A stretch of 64,000 bases of DNA from a virus. Under the pieces are notes generated by a model, which was not told where the DNA came from, made no database searches, and worked only from the letters and a program-made list of their open reading frames with translations. The stretch covers positions 187,664 through 251,663 of the IMG/VR virus record IMGVR_UViG_3300023174_002543; one strand, written 5' to 3'. The translations under genes were made by a program, and so were the position numbers. Shown one piece after another: positions 49,651 to 59,934 of this stretch (positions are counted from its first letter, which is position 1; the number at the start of each line of letters is the position of its first letter).

Positions 49651-49961
49651 TTTTTACCACCAGTGACCCATTTAGTGTATGCTTCCACAAATAGTTTTTC
49701 ACGTTCAGGATTATTAAGTTGTTTTACGTGTTCAACGAATCTAGGTACACCTCGATCGGCTGAGATTATCTCTAACAATCCTACATCAAGTTCAGTCAAT
49801 GCAATTTTATTAGTAATATCAATAAACTTACCACTTGAATCTTTTTCCTGAGCAACCACTACATCAAGTTCAACCGTAACACCGTGAATCGTGCCTCTAC
49901 CGGTGAGTGGCACTTTCATTACTGCACCCATGTCATTGTCTAAAATGCGTGTACTAATCAT
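49647..49961 (-). CDS. Hypothetical protein
   Basis: ORF. Confidence 0.3.
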   Translation of the reverse strand: MISTRILDNDMGAVMKVPLTGRGTIHGVTVELDVVVAQEKDSSGKFIDITNKIALTELDVGLLEIISADRGVPRFVEHVKQLNNPEREKLFVEAYTKWVTGGKK

Positions 49962-49975
49962 TTAATATTTTCTTG

Positions 49976-50608
49976 TTATTCATTCATTCTCCATTTGTTC
50001 TCTGGTAATCCATAGTCCCACTTTGAATCCATTTCAACATTCCATCTAGTAGTAGCAACATTGAAATCTGGTATCTTCATTTCTTTAGGGTTAGATGCCG
50101 GTTCTAAAATAACAATACGATTATTTGGTTGTGCAGCAAACTGTCCATTATCGCACTTGATAAAGTTAAAGGACTTATGATCCTCAACGTCTTCACTGTG
50201 TCCACAATCAAGAGTATTAAAATCGGGATGTGAGGAATCAACAGTAAAAAGATATTCACCCTCTAACCATGAACCATCTTTCATTTTAATTTTACATCTC
50301 ATATTTGCTATCATTGCTTTTTTAATTACAGTGATATCATAAGACATGCTGTTCCATAATTGTAAAAAATCTAAAGGATACGGATCACCTTCTATAGGTT
50401 TCCAGCAGTAAGCATGTAATGGAAGTTTATCATATAACGCACCATAGTGATTTAAGTACGATTCAATTCTAAATGCTTGGCTACGTTGAGACTTTATTGA
50501 TATCCACCAACATGGTTCAAGTTCCCCTTGACCCTTCTCAAAATCATACAAAAATTCTCTGCGAATAAAACATTTTACTGGTGGCAAGTTTGCTACTAAA
50601 AAACTCAT
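49976..50608 (-). CDS. Hypothetical protein
   Basis: ORF. Confidence 0.35.
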   Translation of the reverse strand: MSFLVANLPPVKCFIRREFLYDFEKGQGELEPCWWISIKSQRSQAFRIESYLNHYGALYDKLPLHAYCWKPIEGDPYPLDFLQLWNSMSYDITVIKKAMIANMRCKIKMKDGSWLEGEYLFTVDSSHPDFNTLDCGHSEDVEDHKSFNFIKCDNGQFAAQPNNRIVILEPASNPKEMKIPDFNVATTRWNVEMDSKWDYGLPENKWRMNE

Positions 50609-50609
50609 T

Positions 50610-51260
50610 TTAATATTTTCCTGATGCCAATACTATTTTACAAATATGTTCTAATCGTTCAATGTGTTCATAGGCACGCCATGGACTTGTGTCAATAGCA
50701 ACTACTCCATGTCCTTTGATACCTACAATGTCATATGCGATGTTTCCATAGTCATCTAATTCTAATCTATAGTGACACTGGTCAGCAAGTTCTTGGCTAA
50801 TTGGTTTCACATCTCCTACATTGGGCGCTACCTTTGTATAACGATTAAGTTCTGGAAAACTATCACTAATTGTACTTAAATCAATACCGGCATGCATCGC
50901 AGCAATACAATATGTAGGATGAACGTGTACGACTACCCGCACATCGTCTGTATGTTGTCCCATTTCTTTTTGCAATCCAAAGTGTAAGGGGAGTTCTCCG
51001 CTGGGCTTTAAGTTAGCACTTATATCGGTATAAAATTCTTCCTGCCAAGATTTTGTTAAGAAAGGCGGGGAGGCACTGATATTATCAACTAATTTAATTT
51101 TCTTAAATTGATCGGGCTGTAATGTTTGCTTACGTACACCACTCGGGGTGATGTAGAAATGGTCACGGTCATGATGCCGAATACTCACATTGCCGTCACG
51201 ACTTGTAATCCAATTACGCTTGTAGGCGTCTTCTAATACTTCACATATTGTTTCTAACAT
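50610..51260 (-). CDS. Class II aldolase/adducin-domain protein (GNVSIR...FYITPSG; HVHPTY)
   Basis: Class II aldolase N-terminal motifs. Confidence 0.5.
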   Translation of the reverse strand: MLETICEVLEDAYKRNWITSRDGNVSIRHHDRDHFYITPSGVRKQTLQPDQFKKIKLVDNISASPPFLTKSWQEEFYTDISANLKPSGELPLHFGLQKEMGQHTDDVRVVVHVHPTYCIAAMHAGIDLSTISDSFPELNRYTKVAPNVGDVKPISQELADQCHYRLELDDYGNIAYDIVGIKGHGVVAIDTSPWRAYEHIERLEHICKIVLASGKY

Positions 51261-51436
51261 ATTTTAGGTTCCCCATTTTACGTTGAGCCATACTCGTTCA
51301 TGTATGTAATGTAATACAGTTAACACTATATTAGCCCATATTGCCCCACTCCACCCTGCCCAAATTGCAGTTACGCATGTAGCTATTATACGCCATACTA
51401 TGGCTCTTACTATTGTTCTTTTGTGTGTTTCTGACA

Positions 51437-52294
51437 TTAAGTTCCCCACTCGTTTTTGAATAGTGGCACTTGTAATCTATCACTGTACCGCCAGCCTTTT
51501 TGCATTGCCATTTCTGCCACTGCACGATTGTTAAGGGAATACACCCGCTCAACACCACCGACAGGCATAAGATACACGCTACCTTTAAAACCATTTTTAC
51601 GGTACTCATTTACTGCTCTTTCTGCATCTTTTACATCATGTTCAGTAGCAACTACCAATTTTAAATAAGTATGACCAACATCTTGGTATTGACACACAAC
51701 ATCTGGTTTGATAGCATCACTCCAACTTTCACCACTGCAAGGTAGTTTAGCACTTACACTAAATGTTAATGCATTGTATCCTCGTTCTTTATTGCCTAGA
51801 GTCCAGTTCAATAAATAGTGTCTGAAATCAGGTGTAAGAAGTTGTGTACCGTTTGTTTCAAAGGTCAATTCTTTGAGTGATTTCATCTTATCATTTTGTA
51901 ATAAATCTATAAATGATTTTTGCCATCCGAGAAGAGGTTCACCGCCTGTAATAACTAGATGTTCATCTATCCAACGCTCATGAGGGAGCATATCCATAAT
52001 TCCATCTACGATAGCATCAGTAGAGATAACAGCACTAAGATGTTTAAACCTAGGATCCCAACTAGCATAACTATCGCAACCAGTACTGACTAAAGGTAAT
52101 TCCTTATAATTATTATATAAGTGTACTACTTGTGCAATTTCTTCTGCCTCAGCACTTAACATACCACCGGGCATACCAAATCCCGCACATTTAAAATTAC
52201 AACCGAATGTACGAAGGAATACGCTAGGCACACCCATGTATCTACCTTCACCTTGTATACTATAAAACAACTCTGCGATTTTAATTTTGCTCAT
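51437..52294 (-). CDS. queE: 7-carboxy-7-deazaguanine synthase QueE-like radical SAM protein ([33 protein letters not shown]); cluster motif is CxxxCxxF, third Cys absent
   Basis: N-terminal QueE signature; verified codon by codon. Confidence 0.6.
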   Translation of the reverse strand: MSKIKIAELFYSIQGEGRYMGVPSVFLRTFGCNFKCAGFGMPGGMLSAEAEEIAQVVHLYNNYKELPLVSTGCDSYASWDPRFKHLSAVISTDAIVDGIMDMLPHERWIDEHLVITGGEPLLGWQKSFIDLLQNDKMKSLKELTFETNGTQLLTPDFRHYLLNWTLGNKERGYNALTFSVSAKLPCSGESWSDAIKPDVVCQYQDVGHTYLKLVVATEHDVKDAERAVNEYRKNGFKGSVYLMPVGGVERVYSLNNRAVAEMAMQKGWRYSDRLQVPLFKNEWGT

Positions 52295-52475
52295 TTTTAA
52301 TCCATAGTTCTAATGCTTTTGCCGGATAAATCTGAACAGAGCCTTTTTCAGTATCGCTTTCAACTGCATAGCCTTCAGGTGTCAATTCAGTTGAATATGT
52401 ACCAACAACAACAACACCGTGCCATTGTGACCCGGAAACTTTTTTTACTAAATCACCTAATTTAAATTTACTCAT
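52281..52475 (-). CDS. Hypothetical small protein
   Basis: ORF. Confidence 0.3.
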   Translation of the reverse strand: MSKFKLGDLVKKVSGSQWHGVVVVGTYSTELTPEGYAVESDTEKGSVQIYPAKALELWIKNEQN

Positions 52476-52692
52476 CTTGTTCCAACCAATTTGTTACTTG
52501 ATCCTCTGCATCTACTTGGCTGGATGCATATACGGTAAATGTTGCAACACCATTGCGGCATCTAACATTGAACGGGACAGTACCATTAGGTAACCATCCG
52601 GTTTCTACTTCACGTTTTACTTCATAGAATTGCATGTCACTAGATTTAATTCTACCGAATAATTCATCGGCTATTTGTTTTGCTGTTTTCAT
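52468..52692 (-). CDS. Hypothetical small protein
   Basis: ORF. Confidence 0.3.
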   Translation of the reverse strand: MKTAKQIADELFGRIKSSDMQFYEVKREVETGWLPNGTVPFNVRCRNGVATFTVYASSQVDAEDQVTNWLEQDE

Positions 52693-52701
52693 TATTGATC
52701 C

Positions 52702-52862
52702 TTACCAATGTCTTATCACACCTGCTATGATAAAAAAGTTTGTTATTACATATATTAACACAATACAGGTGCGGATGCAAGCAATACGGTCAGCTTCCTG
52801 ATCTGTATCACCTGACTTCTCTCCTAAACTTTTAGCCCAAAGTCTCCACATTTTTTTCATTT
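52702..52862 (-). CDS. Small (53 aa) membrane protein, not in ORF track
   Basis: Manual translation MKKMWRLWAKSLGEKSGDTDQEADRIACIRTCIVLIYVITNFFIIAGVIRHW. Confidence 0.25.
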
Positions 52863-53050
52863 TTTACCTGTGGATAATAATATGTACAATCACTACGGCG
52901 TATGTCCCAACTGCTGCCTAGACCACCTAGGTGTTGTAGGGCCCATCTAGCACGGTCATGTGCTTGTGGCACTGCCATTGGCCAGGGCGTATTGTTGCGG
53001 CACTGAATGTACTGCTTTAGATAAACATAACTTTGTTCACGTGCCCACAT
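52832..53050 (-). CDS. Hypothetical small protein (overlaps by ATGTGGGCACGTGA with a 41-aa ORF 53050..53173)
   Basis: ORF. Confidence 0.25.
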   Translation of the reverse strand: MWAREQSYVYLKQYIQCRNNTPWPMAVPQAHDRARWALQHLGGLGSSWDIRRSDCTYYYPQVKNEKNVETLG

Positions 53051-53176
53051 GTCTGCCCCTAATTTTACGCCACACTATTTCAAATGTGTCAGGCCTGATA
53101 AACACTTCCCATCCTTTGGGAATATGCTCAGGAAAAAGACTTGCCTTACCGTTACTGTGTTTATACAGTTTCATTC

Positions 53177-53626
53177 TTAACCTTCGTAAATAGCACTATT
53201 AGCACCGTGTTCTGCACATTCTACTTTAACGCAATAGCAACGGTTATTGGTATTAGCTCTAATTAAATTGTCAGCAAATGTGAAAGCATGTTGGGCAAAC
53301 TTCTCTGCACCAACACCATCAAAAATTCTAATCTCTGCTAGATCCAATGCTTCTAGTTCTTTAAATTTAGATAGATGTGGATCTGATTTATCCAGTGCCA
53401 GCTTATGGTCGAAATGGTCTTCTAGCCATGCCTTAAGCATTTTAAGTCCACCGAAGTCTACTGCCCAATTTTTATCATCTAGTGTGTCACATCCAAATGT
53501 AAATGTAAAGGCTAGACTGTAACCATGTAGTAAATGACAATGACTGTGGTCTGCATTGGGTTGTCTAAATACAGCACTTAGTCCAATGTTGTGTCCGTAA
53601 TGTTTTGTTGAATAATATTTTGCCAT
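53177..53626 (-). CDS. queD: 6-carboxy-5,6,7,8-tetrahydropterin synthase QueD (HCHLLHGY motif)
   Basis: CxxxHGH-type PTPS motif. Confidence 0.7.
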   Translation of the reverse strand: MAKYYSTKHYGHNIGLSAVFRQPNADHSHCHLLHGYSLAFTFTFGCDTLDDKNWAVDFGGLKMLKAWLEDHFDHKLALDKSDPHLSKFKELEALDLAEIRIFDGVGAEKFAQHAFTFADNLIRANTNNRCYCVKVECAEHGANSAIYEG

Positions 53627-53702
53627 GTTAATTCTCCTATGTTAATTATAGCATAGGACGCAGAATTTGTATACCGGGATGAGCCCATAAGGCCGGTTAT
53701 CT

Positions 53703-54170
53703 TTATTTACCTTTTTTGGCTTCTGCCTGATAAACACGTTTACGTAAACTTGTACTACTGAAACTATGGTCACGCCCATTAAATACAATTTCAATGCCAC
53801 GCTGAAAACATGCTTGATCTCCAGTAAATTGTTTACCTTCATATTCAATACCTAGTATACGAACATTAAGAGGTAATATCAATAACAAGTCAACCAAGTC
53901 TTGTTCAGTTTGATATACAACTACCTCATCAACATAGCGGCATGCACTTAGTTGAATTTGTCGTTCTACAATGCTTTGAATAGGTTTGTTCTTTGTATCA
54001 GGTCTATCAAGTGTTGGATCAGTTTGTAATCCCGCAATCAAATAATCACAATGATTTTTTGCCTCACTAAGCATTGCAATATGACCTGCATGTAACATAT
54101 CAAAAGTACTAAAGGTAATTCCAATTCGTTTACCATCTTTGTTAAGTTTTTTAATTTTATTGAATATCAT
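53703..54170 (-). CDS. Cytidylyltransferase-family nucleotidyltransferase (TagD / HldE-domain-II-like; FSTFDMLHAGHIAML, RYVDEV)
   Basis: (H/T)xGH motif and RYVDEV identical to TagD. Confidence 0.6.
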   Translation of the reverse strand: MIFNKIKKLNKDGKRIGITFSTFDMLHAGHIAMLSEAKNHCDYLIAGLQTDPTLDRPDTKNKPIQSIVERQIQLSACRYVDEVVVYQTEQDLVDLLLILPLNVRILGIEYEGKQFTGDQACFQRGIEIVFNGRDHSFSSTSLRKRVYQAEAKKGK

Positions 54171-54433
54171 TCTAACTCCGTAATTTCTTCTACTATTGGA
54201 TCCGGTTCACCTTCTTCACTAAACCCATATGTAACTTCATATTCTCTACCTATATAATGAAATGTTTCAGTAAAGGTTCTTTGGTTGTTACTAGAATCTG
54301 TTGGACCAATCAATGCTAAAACTAATAGCATGTGTTCACGTTCAGTCCCCAGTAAAGTTCTGCGTTTTTTCATGCCTATACTTTTTAAAAATTCAAGTGC
54401 TTCCTCTTGATTTCTGAAGGGTGAACGATTCAT
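54167..54433 (-). CDS. Hypothetical small protein
   Basis: ORF. Confidence 0.3.
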   Translation of the reverse strand: MNRSPFRNQEEALEFLKSIGMKKRRTLLGTEREHMLLVLALIGPTDSSNNQRTFTETFHYIGREYEVTYGFSEEGEPDPIVEEITELE

Positions 54434-54666
54434 CTTTTTAATATCTCAATTATCTTTTCTTGTTCTTTTAGTTTGAGCCATTCTTCTTCTGGTGCAAATG
54501 TACTACATTTTCTTAATGATTCATCAATCAACCATTTAAGTTCGTATAGTTCTTGTTTAACACCCCAAGACACAAATCCATCATTACGTGGATTTGTGCA
54601 TTCATAACGCATGGCCCATATGCCATGTTTAATAGCATTTAAGTCCCAGTCTTTACGAAAGCCCAT
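54430..54666 (-). CDS. Hypothetical small protein
   Basis: ORF. Confidence 0.3.
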   Translation of the reverse strand: MGFRKDWDLNAIKHGIWAMRYECTNPRNDGFVSWGVKQELYELKWLIDESLRKCSTFAPEEEWLKLKEQEKIIEILKR

Positions 54667-54896
54667 TATTCAACTCCCATACGGTCTTTAATGTAATCAC
54701 TTATCCTACTAGAATGACTACGAATTTCTTTATCATTGAGAGATTGTATATTATTGTTAAAGGTTAATGCATGTTTGGCACATTCCTGAACAATCAACTC
54801 GGCGAACTTAGACATAAAGGCAGTTTGTTCTTCCCAACTATCGCCAAAGTTTGATTTGGCCGCCTCAGACCAAAGTTGTTTAACTCGTTCGTTCAC
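54666..54896 (-). CDS. Hypothetical small protein
   Basis: ORF. Confidence 0.3.
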   Translation of the reverse strand: MNERVKQLWSEAAKSNFGDSWEEQTAFMSKFAELIVQECAKHALTFNNNIQSLNDKEIRSHSSRISDYIKDRMGVE

Positions 54897-55576
54897 TTAC
54901 AACCTTGTCGGGCAATTTGATAGAATTCAGCACGTGCAGCTGAATCAGTTTTGAACCCGCCACCTAATCGTGTAGTTACTGTTGAACTACCTGTATCCTC
55001 AACACCACGTGACTTTACACAATAATGTTGGGCGTCAATCATAACTGCGACATCCTCTGTCTCTAAGATGAACTGTAAGGTGTGAAATACTTGTTCAGTT
55101 AGCCGTTCCTGTATTTGTGGACGCTTGCTGAAATATTCTACAATCCTGTTAATCTTACTAAGCCCTAAGACTTTATCTTTAGGGACATAAGCTACTGTCG
55201 CTAATCCATCTATGACCACAAAGTGATGTTCACAGTTAGATTGAACACTTACGTTACGCTCACATACCATTTCGTTGTACTTCATCTTATTATCGACTGT
55301 TGTACATTTTGGAAATGCCTCGTAATCTAAACCCCAGAAAATCTCATTCACATACATCTTAGCTACTCGCTTTGGTGTATCAATCAGACTATCATCAGTT
55401 AGGTCTAAACCTAATACTTCCATGATGCCTTGAAAATGACTTTCAATTAACTCAATCTTACCCTTACGATCCATATGACCTGTATAAGTAGTTGGTGTTT
55501 CAACTCCCATCTTAACTAGATGTTCGTGTACTTTTAATCCTAATTCAGGATCCGTTTTTGTTTTATTATAACTCAT
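54893..55576 (-). CDS. folE: GTP cyclohydrolase I FolE (CEHHFVVIDG)
   Basis: CEHH zinc motif and overall colinearity. Confidence 0.8.
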   Translation of the reverse strand: MSYNKTKTDPELGLKVHEHLVKMGVETPTTYTGHMDRKGKIELIESHFQGIMEVLGLDLTDDSLIDTPKRVAKMYVNEIFWGLDYEAFPKCTTVDNKMKYNEMVCERNVSVQSNCEHHFVVIDGLATVAYVPKDKVLGLSKINRIVEYFSKRPQIQERLTEQVFHTLQFILETEDVAVMIDAQHYCVKSRGVEDTGSSTVTTRLGGGFKTDSAARAEFYQIARQGCK

Positions 55577-55635
55577 AGATAACCTTCCTTTGTGATGGTT
55601 TTGTTTTGATATTTTGTAACCGTTGTGTTACATAC

Positions 55636-56190
55636 TTATTTATCTGTTTCTTCAATACTATTAAAAATATTCGCATTTGATGATGGACCAAACGGCCATG
55701 CAGCATTTGGATTTAACGGGGGACGTTCTTTTAATTCGATATTCTCTTTGATTATTGTTCCGTAATCATCTGTATAATCAATTTGAAATGGTGCAGCAAT
55801 CATAACATATTCGTCTTCAAATTGCCAATCGTGATTACCTTCATGTAACCAGGCAGCACCACCTCGTTCGTATTCATCATCTTCATCACCATCAAAGTAA
55901 CAAGTCTTGATACGTTCTTGTTCTTCTTCAGTGATATCATCACTAAATTCCCAATCAACATTAATGCTATCATCAAATTCAGTGCCCCAGCCTATGTCAG
56001 TTTTGCAATAAGCAAGATTAGTATCTTTATATGGAAGGTCAGTTTCTTCTTCAACAAACCCTTGTCCCCAACGATAAAGTTCTTCCATATTAAACCAGCT
56101 AGTAGTACCATCTGGATTTTCACGATACATTTCTACTCGCCAATAGACGCTTTTCTTTTCTAACGGTTTAATACAATAAACATTACCCAT
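55636..56190 (-). CDS. Acidic protein with C-terminal NAAWPFGP motif (paralog of 57368..57940)
   Basis: Shared WPFGP motif. Confidence 0.35.
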   Translation of the reverse strand: MGNVYCIKPLEKKSVYWRVEMYRENPDGTTSWFNMEELYRWGQGFVEEETDLPYKDTNLAYCKTDIGWGTEFDDSINVDWEFSDDITEEEQERIKTCYFDGDEDDEYERGGAAWLHEGNHDWQFEDEYVMIAAPFQIDYTDDYGTIIKENIELKERPPLNPNAAWPFGPSSNANIFNSIEETDK

Positions 56191-56191
56191 G

Positions 56192-56968
56192 TTATTTCCT
56201 TATACGATTGTTGGCATTTTCAACTGCTTCTAGTATACCAATGCTATTATCAGTTCGTTGCAATAAATCAATTATAGCACGAACATCTTTAGGAAAGCAA
56301 GCACCACCGTACCCTAAACTTCCATCTGGTCCAGGTACATCTAAATGGCTATCACCCATTCTAGTATCTGTTTTCAACATACCTGTAAAGTGTTCCCAAT
56401 TTCCACCTAGACTATCAACTAATATCTTATATTGATTCATCATAATAACCTTGTTAGCTAGGAAGGTATTCATAAAATACTTTACTAAACTAGCAGTTAT
56501 CAAATCAGTAAACAAAATAGGTCCTGTAGTATTGATAGCACTTTGCGCTAACATATCTAATAAAAATAAATTGTCACCAGTGCCACCTATAAAGATGAAT
56601 TTTGGATTAAGATAATCATGTATGGCGGTTTTTGCTACAAGAAATTCTGGTATGTGCCATAGATTTTCAACACCCTCATACTGTTTCCAGAATACAGGGT
56701 CAGTTGTACTTTTTACAACAATATGTCCTTTATACGATGCTAATTTATTTAGGGTAGTTCTTACTATAGAAGTATCACAACTACCGTCGGGATTACTTGG
56801 TGTAGGTACACATACAAAAATTACATGCGGCTCACTATCAAGTAATTCTTGTATTGATACTGAACCACTAATAATCGGATCGTGAAATAATACAGTATTG
56901 TCAGTGCCTAACCAGCTAGCCTGTACTGCTTTACCCACATATCCTAAACCAACAATACCCACTCGCAT
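56192..56968 (-). CDS. UDP-glucose/GDP-mannose 6-dehydrogenase-like, N-terminal NAD and central catalytic domains only (MRVGIVGLGYVG; GGACFPKD); UDP-binding C-domain absent
   Basis: Motifs seen; length 258 aa vs ~390-450 for full UGDH. Confidence 0.5.
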   Translation of the reverse strand: MRVGIVGLGYVGKAVQASWLGTDNTVLFHDPIISGSVSIQELLDSEPHVIFVCVPTPSNPDGSCDTSIVRTTLNKLASYKGHIVVKSTTDPVFWKQYEGVENLWHIPEFLVAKTAIHDYLNPKFIFIGGTGDNLFLLDMLAQSAINTTGPILFTDLITASLVKYFMNTFLANKVIMMNQYKILVDSLGGNWEHFTGMLKTDTRMGDSHLDVPGPDGSLGYGGACFPKDVRAIIDLLQRTDNSIGILEAVENANNRIRK

Positions 56969-56970
56969 TA

Positions 56971-57159
56971 TTAGGCCTTAGCTTCTTTACGTGCGGCTTT
57001 CTCAGCAGTAATTTCATTACGGCGTGCTTTGATTGCTTTAGCCATTTCTGCTAATGCTTTGCGGGCACGTGTGCCTGCTGCCGCGTTACCTTTTTCAAAT
57101 TTTTCATGTTCTGCTAGGTAGGCTTCTAGTTGTGTGTTAATATCATTATGTGCGCTCAT
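56971..57159 (-). CDS. Small basic helical protein
   Basis: ORF. Confidence 0.3.
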   Translation of the reverse strand: MSAHNDINTQLEAYLAEHEKFEKGNAAAGTRARKALAEMAKAIKARRNEITAEKAARKEAKA

Positions 57160-57368
57160 AGTTTCTCCTTTGATTTACGCTTTGGTTTTGCCTCAGTAAT
57201 TGTTACCGATGCAATTGCTTCTCTTACTTCTTTTAATAGTTGTTCATCATCCCAAACAAGTTCAGTTGAACCATCCTCAAAAGTTTTTACAGTCAAATGC
57301 GTACCTTGATTAATCAAGGGCCAGCCACCTGATGGTACGTTTTCTGTTTTCTTTTTACGTGTTGCCAT
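57156..57368 (-). CDS. Hypothetical small protein
   Basis: ORF. Confidence 0.3.
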   Translation of the reverse strand: MATRKKKTENVPSGGWPLINQGTHLTVKTFEDGSTELVWDDEQLLKEVREAIASVTITEAKPKRKSKEKL

Positions 57369-57940
57369 TAATCTTCCTCTTTAGGACCTTCTTTTGGTCT
57401 ATCAAAGGGCCATTTGACTGTTTCAATAGTAGACGCAAGTTCGGGTCCAAACGGCCACTGAGTGGGTTTTTCTAGCATTGCTCTTGCCTCAGCCTCAGAA
57501 GTTATAACCTCTAGTTGATTGTTAATTTCTTCTTCAGTCTGACCTGTGTGTATGATTTGCTCAGTATCACCATCAACACGTTCAATGATTAAATCACAAT
57601 CAATAATCATTTCGGTATCACCTTGTGACCAATCATGTTCCTCTAAATCGTAATATGAATTTTCTTCTAAGAATTCTTCGAGCCATTCTTCTAGGTCTTC
57701 ATCATCAACAGTGACTTCTTCCCAGCAACCATCATTAGTTTCTACTAACTCAGTTTCATAATCACAATTATAGATATCCACACCTGCTTCAATATCAGGG
57801 GGATTATCATCATCTGTATAAACAATAAATTCTCCCCAACGCCAGCCCGTTTCTGCTGTGATAGTTGCACCATCTTTGTGATAGTAATTACGTTCAATAA
57901 TTGATTTTTTCCACTGGGGTTTTACGCTCCATTCAGCCAT
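57368..57940 (-). CDS. Strongly acidic protein with C-terminal TQWPFGP...WPFDRP motif
   Basis: ORF. Confidence 0.35.
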   Translation of the reverse strand: MAEWSVKPQWKKSIIERNYYHKDGATITAETGWRWGEFIVYTDDDNPPDIEAGVDIYNCDYETELVETNDGCWEEVTVDDEDLEEWLEEFLEENSYYDLEEHDWSQGDTEMIIDCDLIIERVDGDTEQIIHTGQTEEEINNQLEVITSEAEARAMLEKPTQWPFGPELASTIETVKWPFDRPKEGPKEED

Positions 57941-57941
57941 T

Positions 57942-59135
57942 TTAGTATTTTCCTTCTCTAGTATGTTTACGATAATCTGTACTCATTCTAAGCATTGTAT
58001 CACCTTTGCCTTCAAGTACGTCAATGATTCGGTCAATCGTGCCGTCGTTGTAGTCACTAATCTTACCTATATGTTCACTCGGTTTCGCTAATAACTTTTC
58101 TAATTTGTCTAGTGCATCTTCTATTGACCAAGGAACATATAATCTGGAATAATCATTGGCAAAAGTTTCAGGAAAACTCCGGTAAGCAGGATAAAGAACA
58201 TTACAACCCAAAGCATCTGCTTCCGAGACAGTATTACTGACCCAATCTTGTAACGCACAATTAAATACAACACGACTATCATTAACAATATTGTAATAAT
58301 CATTTTTATCTAAATCCTCATTTAACGTTAATAGCCCTTTTGATTGTAAATCATGTGTTCGTTGCATGTAACTAAGATTGTTGCTTTTTAGTTTTGCACC
58401 ACTACATACACAAAATTCTACATATGTATTTGGATGGCGCACGTTCCATGCTTCAATGAGGTCCATATAAAAGTCTGGTTGTTTCTCTTGGTCCCATCTT
58501 GCACTAAACACAACACGATGTTTGCGTTCATTGAATGGTTTGATAGAACTAACCCGAGACCTCACCTCTTCTTTACCGAATGCAAGACCTGATATATTAT
58601 AGATTGGGGCTTCCCAGCCTGCAATCTTCATGTGCATTACCATTTCTTCATTCGTAGCGAGTACACCATCGACAAAGCTATCCACCATCTTTTCATAATG
58701 CCCCATAAATTTAGACATATTCCATACGTGAACAAAATCATCAGGATCAATGGATTGAGCAAGACAGCGAACAAAAATCCTAGGACGATTAATGCTGTCG
58801 ATTTGATTAAGTATATAAGGAAGGCTCTCGATACCGGGTTGAAACATGTCCTCAAAGTAGATAACATCTTCATTATTAAGTTCTCCTGCTTTCATCATAC
58901 GAATCAAATTCATTAGTTGCGACATACCGAAATATGTGCGACCATGTGCATCTAATACTTGCCCAGTAACAATCGCTTGGTCGTTACTTAGTGTTTCACC
59001 GGGGACAATGACATAATCAATGCCCCGTTTCTCAAAGACAACACGATTCCACTCTTGTAATTGTAGAGTGTACCTTGCTTTATAAGGCTCTAGCCCCATA
59101 TAGTAAAATTTACGCATGTCTACGTGCGTCCTCAT
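57942..59135 (-). CDS. GT-B glycosyltransferase-like protein (RVVFSARWDQEKQPDFYMDLIE; SEADALGCNVLYP)
   Basis: GT4-like motifs. Confidence 0.4.
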   Translation of the reverse strand: MRTHVDMRKFYYMGLEPYKARYTLQLQEWNRVVFEKRGIDYVIVPGETLSNDQAIVTGQVLDAHGRTYFGMSQLMNLIRMMKAGELNNEDVIYFEDMFQPGIESLPYILNQIDSINRPRIFVRCLAQSIDPDDFVHVWNMSKFMGHYEKMVDSFVDGVLATNEEMVMHMKIAGWEAPIYNISGLAFGKEEVRSRVSSIKPFNERKHRVVFSARWDQEKQPDFYMDLIEAWNVRHPNTYVEFCVCSGAKLKSNNLSYMQRTHDLQSKGLLTLNEDLDKNDYYNIVNDSRVVFNCALQDWVSNTVSEADALGCNVLYPAYRSFPETFANDYSRLYVPWSIEDALDKLEKLLAKPSEHIGKISDYNDGTIDRIIDVLEGKGDTMLRMSTDYRKHTREGKY

Positions 59136-59322
59136 CCCAACTGTTCTTTGCTGGCTTTCCAGTCATATACTTGTTGAATTGCCTAAATACATAACTACGC
59201 ATATCGTACAATGTTGCCTCATCATACTTATAACCATAATCTACGCAAAATTCTAAATACTTTTCTAAATCTTCAAAAATTTGACGAACTCTGTGGTTAG
59301 GTTGAAATGATTGTTTTGCCAT
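59110..59322 (-). CDS. Hypothetical small protein
   Basis: ORF. Confidence 0.3.
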   Translation of the reverse strand: MAKQSFQPNHRVRQIFEDLEKYLEFCVDYGYKYDEATLYDMRSYVFRQFNKYMTGKPAKNSWDEDARRHA

Positions 59323-59337
59323 TTGTTTTTTTCTCTC

Positions 59338-59934
59338 TTAGATTACAATACTATTGTATGGTTTTGTTGTGTTATAATAAATCGTAGCACCGTTTTCACC
59401 GTCTTCTGAAACAGTAATTTCAATGTCACGATCAGGGTACCGTGTTGCGATAGTTTGATATAAATCATCACTTATCATTTCACAGCTTTTGTTATTCAAT
59501 TCAAGTATGCCTTTACCGAATAAATTTTCGATCCAGCGTTTGAATTGAATGAACTCAATGTCACGATTATTGTGGAACACTTGAATGCCCACAGTAAAGT
59601 GAAATATATGACGATGCGGCATTCCTAAGAAACTCACATCATATTCGTCTCCCGTCTTTAGTGCGGGGTCATGATTGGCATCATAATATGCATGAATGCC
59701 TTCACGGCGTAGTGTAACCCATATCATACGCTTTGCCGCATCACTGATACGTGTGCGTTGTTCTGCTAAAGCCATTTGTCGTGGGTCAAATACTTCTTCT
59801 ACTACTGTAGATTCTTGTACTACTTCTGTTACTTTAGTCTTTTTTGGTCTTGCCATTTTAAAATGTCCTATTAAGTGTGGCCCATGTGAGCCATTGATGA
59901 AAGGTTTTGTAAACTGATTCTGCTTCACGTTCAT
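59338..59934 (-). CDS. Hypothetical protein
   Basis: ORF. Confidence 0.35.
   Translation of the reverse strand: MNVKQNQFTKPFINGSHGPHLIGHFKMARPKKTKVTEVVQESTVVEEVFDPRQMALAEQRTRISDAAKRMIWVTLRREGIHAYYDANHDPALKTGDEYDVSFLGMPHRHIFHFTVGIQVFHNNRDIEFIQFKRWIENLFGKGILELNNKSCEMISDDLYQTIATRYPDRDIEITVSEDGENGATIYYNTTKPYNSIVI

Noticed and set aside
53642-53848. 68-aa ORF overlapping the 3' end of the cytidylyltransferase gene and the queD upstream region
   Set aside because: Overlaps a strongly supported gene in another frame; hydrophobic junk translation.
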